Shown here: positions 1-11,299 of the stretch, piece by piece | How the letters are laid out: each line of letters begins with the position of its first letter | Numbering within the stretch: position 1 is the first letter of the stretch | Origin: Takakia lepidozioides | Lineage: Eukaryota; Plantae; Bryophyta | Reading direction: 5' to 3' | Length of the DNA stretch: 64,000 bases | Assembly (NCBI GenBank): GCA_030704615.1 | Contig: CM060732.1 | Coordinates: forward strand, 18,662,001-18,726,000 | Notes under the pieces: generated by a model | The model's input: only the letters and a program-made list of their open reading frames with translations | Told to the model about the DNA's origin: nothing | The model's database searches: none | Translations under genes and position numbers: made by a program

Positions 1-559
1 GGGTTACGAGGTGGTAGACCTTGGCATTCGATCTTCAGCTTCAGAGATGAAAGCACCATGCTGCAGGTAATTCCATAGCACCTTGATGGTTTCAGATTGT
101 GTACATGCATGAGCAAACACGATTGGGAAGATGACCAGTCGCAGGTTATAGTGGCTTTGGTGGCAAAGCGTAGAACAGGACTTGGGAATGCGAGCTTTCA
201 TTGTGTGAAGGATTGCAAGACCAAGCGAAAGGGCTGATTTGGCTTTCAGTGCACTTTGTGGAGTATGTTGAGATTGGGTTTCAATCTCGAGCTTCAGCAT
301 TGAGAGGGCTCTTGTCATGGCAAGAGCAAGGCTGGAACAGGAGCTAAGAGGTGCGACAAGGCCATGTAATGTGCACCTAGGGTTTCAGAGCTTGGAAGAA
401 GAGCCCTTGCACCACAAGAGGAGTCTCTTGTGGCTGGAAATGTAAGCCTTAGGAATTCAGGAGCTTGGCAAAGGCTGTGGAGTGCTTAGTCTTGCCTTAG
501 AGAGCATCAAGGAGCTAAGGAGCCAAGATAGGGGGCTGATACCTCTTGTGTGAAGAGGT

Positions 560-990
560 TGCATTTGTGGAGCATGTAATCAGCTCATTGAAGCTTCCAT
601 CTTCAAGCTTGGAGGGCAAGTAAGGAGGGAAGGGCTGACTTCCCTTATGTGAGGGCAATGCATGTGTGGAGCATGCTTTCAGCCTGTTGAAGGCTTGTAC
701 TTTCAGGTTTTTGGAGTGCAAGAAAGGAAGGAAGGGGCTGGTTTCCATGTAGGGCATGTGTGGAGCATGCTTCTAGCCCGCTGAAGCTTGTATTTTCAGG
801 TTGGTGGGTGCAAAGAAGGAAGCAAAGGGCTGATTCTCTTGTGGTGAGAGTGGGGCATGTGTGGAGCATGCCTTCAGTCCATTGGGCTTTTGTTTTCAAG
901 CTTTAGAGAGCTAGAATGGAAGGGCTAGGGCTGGTTCCCACTTGGGTGAAAGAAAAGCACTTGTAGGGCATATGTGAGGTGGGTTTCAAC
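560..990. repeat. Degenerate ~95-bp repeats (core GCATGTGTGGAGCATG) in the putative 5' leader
   Basis: Core motif recurs at ~562, ~660, ~754, ~855 and ~968. Confidence 0.55.
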
Positions 991-1369
991 CTCAAGCCTA
1001 GATAGAGCATGGCTCTTGAAGTGGCAGGTGTAGGGGTTGGAATAGGCTCTAAGACAGATGCTATGGCCAAGGAAAACGCTTGAATGAGTGCTCACAAGAG
1101 CTGGAAACCAACAAGGCTTGGTTGTTTGCCATTGAGTTTAGTGGCGTGTTTGGGGAGTCTAAGTGAGAAAGAAGGCTTGGTTTGTGGCAACCATCTTCCT
1201 CATGGCTTAGGCTACTATTGGTGGTGTGTGGAGCCGAAAGAGCAAGAATACCTTGCTGATTTCTTCACAGCCGCCATAGCTCGGTGCAAAGAAGCCTAGA
1301 GTCCAAGAGACACAAACCCTAGCTTGGCGTGGCTAAACCCCTTGGAGAAATGGCTAAACTGCCATGAGT

Positions 1370-1900
1370 GGCCATGGATGGGGCTGTGACGGGCTGTGGA
1401 TGCAGGCCGTGATCCTGTGACCTGTGTAGGCCTTTGTGATGGGCTGTGATGGGGCCTGTGACGGGCTGTGACGGGCTGTGATGGCTGTGAGGGATGTGGC
1501 GGGCTGTGACAGGCTGTGCCTGTGGGGCTGTGTGTGTTGTGACAGGCTGTGGCCTTGGGGTTGTGACCCCTGTGACCTGTGTGTGACAGGCTGTGAGGGC
1601 TGTGACGGCTGTGGCCTTTGGGGCTGTGACCCCTGTGACCTCTGTAGGGCTGTGATAGGCTGTGCCTGTGGCCTTTGGGGTTGTGATGGGCTGTGACAGG
1701 CTGTGGCTTGTGGGGCTGTGACCCTGTGACATGTGTAGGGCTGTGACAGGCTATGACGTGTGGCTTTTGGGGCTCTGACGGGATGTGACAGGCCCTGTGG
1801 TGGGCTATGACGGCTGTGACCAGTGATCTGTGTGGGCCTGTGCTGGTCTATGGTGGTTCGTGTTGACCTGTGGACGGCCTGTGCTGACTCGTGGAGGCAC
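1370..1900. repeat. Minisatellite of degenerate 10-11 bp units (GGGCTGTGAC / CCTGTGAC)
   Basis: Dozens of CTGTGA-containing units; the ORFs here are low-complexity translations of the repeat. Confidence 0.85.
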
Positions 1901-2549
1901 TGGTGGACTGCATAAGGACGTGGTCTCGAAGGCCGAATTTTGAAGCTCGTGGAGGGCGGTTTGAGGAGTATCTTCATGATATTCCCATGGTCATACAAGT
2001 GAGGGAAGAGATGAGAAAAAGAGTGTTGGGATGAGGGCATGTTGGGGTTAGGCATTGCTTTAGCTTCTTTTCCTTGTAGTTTTCCACCCTCTCATTAGGC
2101 GAAGACCTTTCCGTAGGTGGAGGCAAGAGTCAGTCCGGGTTTGGGCTGGGGTGTCCTTGCAGAAGCAACACCATGGAGTTGTTTTGGTGTGGGGGAGTTG
2201 TCGTTCTGATTTCTTGTGTTTGGATCCCCTCCATACCTGCATGCTTGACTGTGCACCATGTTAGTTTGTGTGGGCGCTTGTTTTATAGGTGATTGGTCGG
2301 ATTTGATCACCGGCCAGTCCTAGAGCATGTTGTCGATGGTGAGGCTGGGGTGATGACCAGTCAGACCATCATTGTTTCTCCTGTGGTGAGGTTGGAGGTG
2401 ATGACCAGCCAACCATAGGAGTGCTTGCGGTGGATGCAGGTGCAGGTGTAGGCTATGTTAGGAACCTAGTATTCCAAACCATAAGCCGCAACAAGTTCTC
2501 TACCCGGTTACCTTGTGGAGAGGGGGTTAGGGACATGTTCATGACCGGT

Positions 2550-3890
2550 TGAGTGACAGTTTGTCAACACGGAGGTGCCATTAGTTGCTGGGGGGAGTGC
2601 CGGTTCGAGCACTAGCGATACTAGTGGGTACACGAGACGAGGTGTACGGTTTAGGCCACCTTCACCCCCAGTGTCTTCTACGGAAGGTTCTGATTCGGAT
2701 TGTGAATCAGGAGGACTCACACCGGTGGTGTAAGTTGTTTCCTTGCCATTGTTGGGGGACACAATGGAGGAGATGTATGGAGTTACCAAGGGGCCATGAA
2801 GGACTCTGGGGCGGTGGGCACCATCGAGTTGGATGATTTTATCCAAGAGTTTGATAGTTGGTGTGATTTGCAGCAAATGCGCAATCCACAACTATTTACG
2901 CCTTTCATGGCATGGAAGGGGCTGTTTCAAGCCTTGAGGGGCCGCCTATGGATGATTACCATGAGTTCAGGTGGGGGCATGAGGTTGGGATCGAGGAGTG
3001 GAGGATGTACTGGTCACCCGACTATGTCTCCATCGCTAGGGGCACTAGAGCCACGAGGGCAGTGGCTACACCTGCCGCTGCACCGACAGCTTCAACAAGC
3101 AGCAGTGGGACTAGTGGGACTGGTGGTACCGTAGCTACGACGTCCACCCAAGCCACTACCGCACCAGCACCAGTACCCGTGCCTGCCTTCAACCCTGTTG
3201 TGGAGTTCTTCGAAGAGTTAAGAGGGAACTACCAAGGGGTGAGGACAGAGAAGTTGCAGAGCTTGCGAGAGTTCCAACGGAAGCCTACTGAGAGCTTGAG
3301 GGAGGCTTTCACTCGCATGAGGCGCTTGATAAATGTAACCCAAGGGGTTACGGAAGCTCAGGCAGTCCAATTCTGGTATGGGATGGCAGAGCGGATAGAG
3401 CTCAACATGGTGGAGGAACAAGTGGTCATGGTGGGATTTTCTAAGGAGACACCACGGGGTAGTGGTGCTCCTAGCCAACCACTACCTCAACGTGCTCAAG
3501 GCAACAAGCGGGCTCAAGTAAAGCTCAGGGAAGGACAGAGAGGACCTCAGATGCAGGGGTCTCTCCCTTCATTTGTAGGCCAACAACGGGCGGAGTGTGT
3601 GTGTTGGACATGTGGAGGACCCCATGTCAAGAAGGATTGCCCAGAGGGAGGCAAAGGGCCGGCACATGCACAGCCTGCACAATTGCAGTGTGGGCATTGT
3701 GGCACGCACGGGCATGGAGAGGCCTAGTGTTATGGTTTGCATCCTGAGTTGCGCCCAGGCCAGTTCCAAGGGAACAATGGTGGCCGAGGCGAGGTGGAGC
3801 AGCCCAGAGTGGACGAGGTGGCCAGGCACGAGGTGCAGGCCAAGGGCAAGCTCAACATGGCCAAGGACGCGGTGGTCAGGGTGTTGACCA
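2550..3890 (+). pseudogene. Retrotransposon Gag with two zinc knuckles (frameshifted, with stops)
   Basis: ELDDFIQEFDSWCD...; LREFQRKPTESLREAFTRMRRL (retrotrans_gag-like); CWTCGGPHVKKDC (~3602) and CGHCGTHGHGEA*C (~3689). The start is approximate. Confidence 0.8.
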
Positions 3891-4599
3891 AGGCATGGCC
3901 AACCGGCTTCAGCAGCTAGAGCAGAGGCTCGTTGCCATGGCTACAACTCAGGTGGTACCGGCTCCAAGGCCAGATGGTCCACCTCCTGCTCCTGAGGGAG
4001 GAGATATGGGAGGCATAGGATTCATGTGCGGAGCAGCACTACCACTAGTGCAGGTGGAGTCTGCTGCAGCCGTGACTCGAGGAGCAGCACGAGTTCCTGA
4101 GCCACGAGGTGCAGAGGTGGAGTTGGATCCACAGCATGGGGAGGCAAGCCGTCAGGCTAGGCTTCCTCAGTCATTCACATTGGCAGAGACAGTGTCGCCG
4201 CCATCCATGGCACCTAGTTCTCGCCCGACTGTTACCGAGGCGGAGGTTACTATGCCATTGGGGAGAGCTACACGGGCAACACCACTACCTAGTGTTGCCA
4301 AGGCTACGGCAGCTAGTGTGCTACTGGGAGCGGCCACATCTGTGTGTCAGGCTCCATTGTTCACGGCTACCATGATTGCGACGCCGGGGGTAAAACCAGT
4401 TGAGGTGTTCAGGCTGACAGCTACACTCTGTGAGAGTGGGGAGGTTACTTCATCTGCTGCGGAGATAGTGGGAGGTGTAGTGCCGGAGGGATCCTCGGAT
4501 TTGAGGGTAAAGACAGCCACGGCGGCACCATGGCAAGTTGCAGCTGCCAGGGTGATGGAGCTGTCAGCTAGGCCAGCCATTGAGCGCGCCATGGTGACA

Positions 4600-5050
4600 C
4601 CTGGAGTTGTCATGTTAGACAACCAGGATGACATTTTCTGTTTGAGTGGACCGGCAGGCAAGAGGTACCGGCCACTGCGGGTCTTGTTGGACTCGGGAGC
4701 TCAGCCATTGATGCTGGGTAGAGCTGCTATTGCAGGCTTGGGCCTCACAGAGGCGGATATGGAGCCTTGTCCTTTCCAGATACAGACGTCTCTGGGAGGA
4801 TCGGAGCAGGCTCGGGGCATGACACGGCATGAGTTGGCTATCAGACTACGGCCGGATCACCCTACAGATGGCTCAGTGATGCGAGCCAAGGCCATTGTGA
4901 CAGACGCGGTCTGTACGATGTCCTGGTTGGTGGGGCAGTGTTGCCCCATGGGCTTCACCCTGGATTTTTGGGAGGAGTCAGTTTCCTATAGGCCTGGATG
5001 GCAGTCAGGGGAGGGCCAGCGTGTGCAGCTCCCTGTGACGTTCATAGGAG
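4600..5050 (+). pseudogene. Retropepsin-type aspartic protease domain
   Basis: RVLLDSGAQPLMLG catalytic D-S-G motif at 4678-4719, within ORF 3895..5511. Confidence 0.8.
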
Positions 5051-5394
5051 GAGTTGCGGTTGCCCAGCAGGGCAAGATGCCGACACTAGCAGCATTCACA
5101 CCTGCAGTGACTTGGCCTGGAGAGTTGCTAGAGGGCAACGCTCATTCAGAGGGTGACACACCTCCAGGAGAGCAGGATGACATGTATGGTATGGCGGAGT
5201 TGTCTGCCATGGTTGCTCAGACTCCATTGTGGGGCACGAGCAAGGATTTGCAGCGGGTTGCTGATGGACAGGTGCAACAAGCCTGGGTGGAGGCTTTTGT
5301 ACCATCAGGAGAGGAGGAGAGTGTGGGGATTGCACCAGAACCACCTCAGTTGTCACCATTGGATATCACACCTATTGTGTGGCAGTATTTGGAT

Positions 5395-6350
5395 GAAGGC
5401 ATTTGTCTTCTGGACTTGTTTGGCGGGATCAGCACCGGATTGGCTGCTGTGTTACAGGCAGGTGTACGAGTTCAGCGTTACCTGTATGTAGAGAGGGATG
5501 AGACTGCGTGATACGTTTCACTTCGCCATGTTGCTCAGTTGGTGTAGCAGTACCCTGAGTTGTTGCCGGTGTCTACAGTTCGTGGATATCAGCAGGCCTT
5601 GCCAGTAGACATTTCGTTGCTGGGGGCGCAGGATTTGGAGCGGGTTGGCTCAATTGATCTAGTAGTGGCAGGTTGGCCCTGCCAAGGGCATTCATCAGTC
5701 GGGCATGACAATGGATTGCGAGACTCGAGGTCGGGTGTGTTTTGGGAGATGGTGCGGGTTTTGCGCCACTTGCAGCTTCATCAAGCTGTATCTCCAGCAT
5801 ACATCTTGGAGAATGTGTCACTGATGGGTGATCCTTGGGCCAGGGTGATGGCCAGTGTGCATCAAGTCCGGTCGTGGCTTAGGTCAACAGTGTTGCTGGA
5901 TGCAGCTGCAGTGGGGTCACGGGCTCATCGTCCACGGCTATGGTGGACTAACTTGATGTCACCCACACTGCTCAAGCGTGCATTTGATGGGGTGCAGCGG
6001 CCAGCACACCTCACATTGGATAGCATTTTGGACACAGGGAGGCAGTCTCAGCGTGTGAGACACGATGACCGTTCGCCTTTGGCAGTGGTCAACAGGGTGG
6101 GTCAACCACGAGCAGCATTACCTACACTGCTCAACTTCCCAGGATCGCATGTTTTCCGGGATAGTGGACCTGGCCTCTTGTGGGATGCTCTGTTGCAGTA
6201 GTTAGTGGAGCCTAATGCTAACGAGCGTGAGCGGGCAATGGGTTTTACCACTGGTACCACGGCGGTGTCGTCTCTTTCTGAGGCATCACGTCGTCAGGTG
6301 TTGGGGCAAGCAATGGATCTCAATTGCTTGACCTGGATTATCAGCTTGGC
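5395..6350 (+). pseudogene. DNMT3-like C5-cytosine DNA methyltransferase domain embedded in the retrotransposon polyprotein (3 in-frame stops)
   Basis: Motif I LDLFGG (5410), II YVE, IV DLVVAGWPCQG (catalytic Cys 5680-5682), VI YILENV (~5809), VIII AHRPRLWWTN, IX ERERAMGF, X RRQVLGQAM. ORFs 3895, 5560 and 6205 share one frame, broken by TGA 5509, TAG 5545 and TAG 6199. Confidence 0.92.
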
Positions 6351-6689
6351 TATGGCTGAGCAACGCAGAGTGCGGAGTACACTTCCTTCGATGGTATCTC
6401 TGCCTACCGAGACGGTACAGGCAGTGAGTGGGGGCGAGCATGTGAGGACCACGGGGTATAGGCATCCATGGCACACGTGGGAGGTGCTCGAGGTTCAGAG
6501 GGAGTTGGCAGCCAAGGTGGCGGTGATGGATGAGGTTGGGGATTTTTCTCGGGTGGAGGAAGTCCTCGAGGTTGAGATGATGGGGCAGGATGAGGCCTTG
6601 TCAATGATTGAGCAGGTAGGGAGTATTGCTCAAGAGGTTGCAACATAGCAACCATTGGACGGGTCCTCTTACCTCTAAGCCCACTGAAC

Positions 6690-7730
6690 TTAAGGTTGCA
6701 GTTACGGAGGACAATTGGAAGCCTGACATTGGACCCATTGTCACTGGAGGAGAGAGACAACATATACGGTGGTTCCTGAGGGCTTATAGGAATTGCTTTG
6801 CCTTCAGTTTGAAGGACTTGAGAGCACTGAAGGGTCAAGAAATCCGTATTGAGTTGGCCACTGACACGCCAATCTTTTGGAGACCCTATAGATACAGTGA
6901 CATGGAGAGGTCTTTGATTCAGATGAGGACTCAAGATCTTTGGGAGGCAGGTTTGGTGGAGCTCTTTGGTGGAGAGTATGCTTCAGCCACAGTGATGTCA
7001 GCCAAGAAGGATGTCTATGGCAATTGGACGGAGAGACGTATGTGCGATGATAACCGGCCTGTAAATCGTCAGACCAAGTCCGATAAGTATGCCATGCCCA
7101 CACCGGAGGAGATCTTTGATGCCATTGGGCATGCTAAGGTCTTTAGCACTTTGGATTTACAATCCGGATATCACCAGTTGTCAATCAAGGAGGCGGACAA
7201 GCAGAAGACGACATTCTGGGGGATCAATGAGCACGGCAATGATTGCCTATATCAGTGGCGGTTCTTACCATTTGGGCTTAAGAACGCTCCCGCAGAGTTT
7301 CAGAGAGTCATGGATAGGATTTTAGCAGGGGTGGACTTTGCTCGGTGCTACATAGATGACATCATCATCTTTAGTGCTACGGTGGAGGAGCATGAGAGAC
7401 ACCTTCAGGTGGTATTGGAGCGCTTGAGAGCGCACGGATTGAAGTTGCATCCGGGGAAGTGCAAGTTTTTCCACAACCAGATTGAGTATCTGGGTCACAT
7501 GATATATCCTGGAGGATTGGGGGTACAGCAGACTAAGGTAGAGGCCATTGCACAAACTCCACACCCCACGGATGTGAGCCGAGTTTGAGCTTTCATGGGG
7601 TTGACAAACTATTATAGACGGTTTGTCAAGGGATTTAGTGCCATTGCAAAGGCTCAAACCAAGCTGACCAAGGTGGACCAGGAGTGGCAGTGGGAAGATG
7701 AGCAGGAACAAGTTTTCAAGAGCTCAAGGC
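6690..7730 (+). pseudogene. Gypsy-type reverse transcriptase
   Basis: ORF 6626..7588: RRMCDDNRPVN, DKYAMP, FSTLDLQSGYHQ, LPFGLKNAPAEFQR, YIDD, KLHPGKCKF, YLGH. It continues past the TGA at 7586 (AFMGLTNYYRRFV). Confidence 0.95.
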
Positions 7731-7734
7731 GAGG

Positions 7735-8145
7735 TTGACTTCGGCGCCTATCCTGAGACGACCTATCAGGGGGCGTCCCTTTCAGCTGCATACGGATTGG
7801 AGCATGCTGGGGCTTGGAGCGGTGCTCACACAGGTGGATGATGAGGGAAGAGAGTTCGTAGTGGCTTATGCTAGCCGCTCGAACTACGCTGCAGAGGCTA
7901 AGTATAGCTCATATGAGGGAGAGTGCTTAGCTGCAGTGTGGGCCGTGGCACACTTCTGGTGCTATCTATACGGCAATCTCTTCACCCTTGTCACAGATCA
8001 CCAGCCACTCAAGTGGTTGATGGAGTCAGACAAGCTTATGGGGAAGCTTGCACGGTGGGCACTCATACTCTAGGAGTATGACTTTCAGGTTGTGCATCGA
8101 CCGGGTTTGGTCAATCGGGATGCAGATGGATTGAGTCGCAATCCA
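7735..8145 (+). pseudogene. Ty3/Gypsy RNase H
   Basis: PFQLHTDWS..GLGAVLTQ..VVAYASR..YSSYEGECLA..LVTDHQPL..LARWALIL*EYDFQVVHRPG..NRDADGLSR. Confidence 0.93.
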
Positions 8146-8301
8146 TGCATGAGCCAGCAAGATGACACTGAAGCTCGGTGGCATGGTGAGACAGACGAGG
8201 AGATGCTGCCATGATGGCATGCATCTGTCTTTTCGTGTATCTTCGGGAGGTCAAGTTGGACCTACAACAGGGATGACTGTAGACGGAGTGTCTGAGGACC
8301 G

Positions 8302-8406
8302 CTGGTGTGTGATCGATGCTCAAGAGGTTGGCATATGGGATGCTTGACACCACCTCTTGAGAGGGTTCCCGATGGAGATTGGTTATGTCCACACTGCTTG
8401 GGATAG
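8302..8406 (+). pseudogene. C-terminal part of a PHD zinc finger
   Basis: Manual translation from 8302: [34 protein letters not shown], matching CxxC..HxxC..PPL..VP.GDWxCPxC. The N-terminal CxxC is missing. Confidence 0.85.
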
Positions 8407-8666
8407 TGGCAGTGGACATGACTAGAGGCAGCTAACAAGACATGGGAGGCCAAGCTCATAGGAGTCAATATACGAGATCCTAGGCTCAAGTTCACAGGTT
8501 GCAAGACGGCGACTAACAATGGGGCAACTCTTGCACCCGGTCTCTTGATCTATCGAGTTTGAGTGTAGTAGGGACAGTGGTGGAGGACATAGTGAGGCTA
8601 TGGTCACTATCACATCTTGTGGCTACCTGGACTTAGAGGGACCTAAGCACCAGCTAGGGGGGCGAT

Positions 8667-9329
8667 TGTGTGGACTAGTGACTGCCATAGTGGGCAGCAT
8701 AGTGGCAGCCTAGTGTCTGACTAGTTGTAGCCTAGTGGTTGGACTAGTGGTTGGACTAGTGTGTGGCGTGCACATTTGTTGTGTGGTTTTGGACAGCGAT
8801 GTAGTTGTGTAGCGATATGTATGCGCACGATAGTTGTCAAGTTATTTTACCACTAGTGTGAAACTAGCTAGGAAATAGCTAGCTTTTACATATTGACATT
8901 TGGGATTGGCCCAAGTGTCAATCCAGGGGTCAAGGCAGATTTAGGCTCTGGAGTGGTTATCTTCACGGCAAGCGCGGGAGGCTCATCTTTCTCGAGTTGA
9001 GCCTCACCGCGCCTAGCTATGGTGCCGTAGTGTGGATTCCCCATGGCGTGGGGTGGACTTGGCTTGACTTGTATTTGAGTGATGAATTTATATATGCATG
9101 AGTTTATGCTTCAGCTTTGTGAGCTTGCATGAGCTTGTGCTTGTATTCTTCTTCTTTATCTATTGTGTGGACTAGTGACTGCTATAGTGGGCAGCATAGT
9201 GGCAGCCTAGTGACTGACTAGTTGTAGCCTAGTGGTTGGACTAGTGGCTGGACTAGTGTGTGGCGTACACATGTGTTGTGTGGTTTTGGACAGCGATGTA
9301 GTTGTGTAGCGATATGTATGCGCACGACA
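8667..9329 (+). repeat. 3' LTR-like block (TG...CA) bounded by 166-bp direct repeats (8667-8832 and 9164-9329)
   Basis: Starts TGTGTGGACTAG just after the PPT and ends CGCACGACA. The two 166-bp copies differ by only a few substitutions. TATA-like TTTATATAT at ~9087. Confidence 0.75.
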
Positions 9330-11050
9330 TGTGAGTGGAAGGTTTGGTTGTGAGGCCCGGGTGAACTTCCTTGTATGCCCCCTAGGTGATCGTGGAAAAT
9401 ATAGTGATGAGGTAGTGCTTGAGGTGGGTTTTGAAGAACTCCTGTATTTTTGCCTTTATCATAGGGTGTGGGTCACTGTATGGCGGGCATGTGACAATGA
9501 AGGCCTTGACATCCGCTGTGGTAATCCATAGTGATTCCAGGCATTCTATGTTTCCAGAGGAGATAAGAATGGACGGAGGCTCACCTTTCCTGAAGATCAA
9601 GGGAGTAACACAAGATGCCCTGGGGATATCATCCGAGTCCAACTGTGAACATCCCCCTAGGATCAGTTTGGGGTATGTGTTGAGTCTTGTGAGGCACAAT
9701 CTAGCCACGATTGGGTTGCTGGCTATGCCTAACTGCATGCTTTTGTAAATGCCCCTTGGATCCAATTCCGGTTTCAGGCCAGCCTTCTGGGATTTGGGTT
9801 GCCTTTCCCTCCCTTGCTCACTACATTTTCCTTTCCCTTTGTGTGCTGGTGGGAGCATCTTCCTAGCTTCGAGATACATGGGATCTGAGTGTTGTCCATG
9901 TATCCTTGGTTCCCTTGGCGTTGGACTGATCTGCAACAGGTCTGTGTTTTGGGCTATCTTTCCGTGTGCCTCCTTTTGCCCAGCTTGGGGGAGGGCGTCT
10001 TTTTTCCTCCATTGCTGATTGAGTGTAGTGGGCCTGACTTACCTCCTGATCCTGGGGATCTTTTCATTTTCCCCGAGGGACAGTCAGCTTTGATATGGCC
10101 TGTTTTTCCACAGTTGAAACACGCTGCCGAGGTCTTCTCCTCCAGCAGTCTGATTGTAAAGTAATTACCTTCCTCATCGATGGGGAGTCTTACATAGTCC
10201 GGGATTGTGTCTTCCTCCGGCATCATAACCATTTTTGCAAATCCATTATCATTTGGCCTTGATGCTATTGTGGCATGTTTCCATGCCGGGTATTTTCTAA
10301 TGCTGTCAGTGTTCATGAGTGGATCAAACACTCCCAGGCAACCCAGAAAGGATCCAAAGTGGTTGGCAATGTCAGGGATGTTGAGAAGATACTGGTCTGG
10401 AATATACGGAAGACTCTACTATTCTTGGACCCCACAACTTCCCGTTTTGTGTCCCCACTTTGCTGACCATGGAAAGATATTTATGTTAAACCCCAGCAAG
10501 TGTGGGTTGATCTGGAGGGCTTTTGCCGCTGCCTCTTGAGTCTCAAATTGCATGGAAAAGAAGCCTCTGCCTTTGGCGTGGCAGAAATGATGCAAGGGCT
10601 CACCCCCCCCTCCCAAGTGCTTGATTGCCCAGTCCCTCACAAATGATCTACCCACTTTCTTACCAGGGAAGTGGACGAGGATTCCGCCGTCTTCCATGCA
10701 GGATACCCTGCTTTTGAGGTCTGGCATGTCCACTAGTATAATCTGGTGGTCCCCACTGAGGCCTTCCTGCGTGGTAATGAGGTCTTCCCCCACCAGGTCG
10801 CCTTCCATCTGATTTTGAATATGAGTTGCCTCCATCTGTTGTCTTGCAGGTATGAACATCGGCTGAGGTTCCAGTGCAAGCTGAAGGGCTTGAGTTGGAG
10901 GTGGTGGTGGGCCCTGCATCGTGTGTGCAACTGTAGGCGGATGAGGATTCGTGGTATCTCTTGTAATCAACTGCCCCCTTCTCTCTCCTATCCCCGTTAT
11001 TTCTTGTCCTCAATGTGACAAAGATGTTTTTATCCCCGAAAAATAGCAAA
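9330..11050 (-). mobile_element. L1-clade LINE ORF1 remnant (DUF4283/RRM-like plus CCHC zinc knuckle), cut at the Gypsy LTR
   Basis: KGRGFFSMQFETQEAAAKALQINPHLLG..NIFPWS (10419..10970) and CFNCGKTGHIKADC (9954..10331); frameshifted. Confidence 0.75.
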
Positions 11051-11299
11051 GTGGGAATTCGTGGGACGGAGCCTCGAGAGGAGAGATATCAAGGGAAAGG
11101 TCTCCAGTTCAAATATGGTCGTAGGCTCTGTGGAAAAAAATTGCATTTGGACTTAGATGAGACCCTTGGGCGTTGAGAGGCTACCCTAGAGGTCGCACTT
11201 GGGCCTCGACATAGGAGATCGCACTTGGGCCAAGGGCAGAGGCTACCCTAGTTACAGTGTCCAAAAGCAGTAATGATAATATTATCAGCATACAAAGAA

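Larger units (their letters stand above)
1..9329 (+). mobile_element. Degenerate Ty3/Gypsy-type LTR retrotransposon carrying a DNA cytosine methyltransferase (Gag-PR-DNMT-RT-RNaseH-[no INT seen]-PHD, PPT, 3' LTR); 5' end probably upstream of the window
   Basis: Domain order in the ORF track, PPT AGGGGGGCGA at 8656-8665, and LTR-like TG...CA block 8667-9329. No second LTR copy in 1-2500. The left boundary is uncertain. Confidence 0.85.

Noticed and set aside
1319-2055. Pro/Gln/Thr-rich and Cys-rich ORFs (mucin- or metallothionein-like)
   Set aside because: They are translations of the CTGTGA minisatellite.
5395-6350. Host DRM/CMT/MET1 gene or bacterial restriction-modification methylase (contamination)
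   Set aside because: It is intronless, in frame with a retroviral-type protease and followed by RT. It has no host accessory domains, no DRM permutation and no neighbouring endonuclease.
8667-9329. DIRS/Ngaro split direct repeats
   Set aside because: No tyrosine recombinase is seen, and the element has an aspartic protease, a PPT and Gypsy-type RT/RNaseH.
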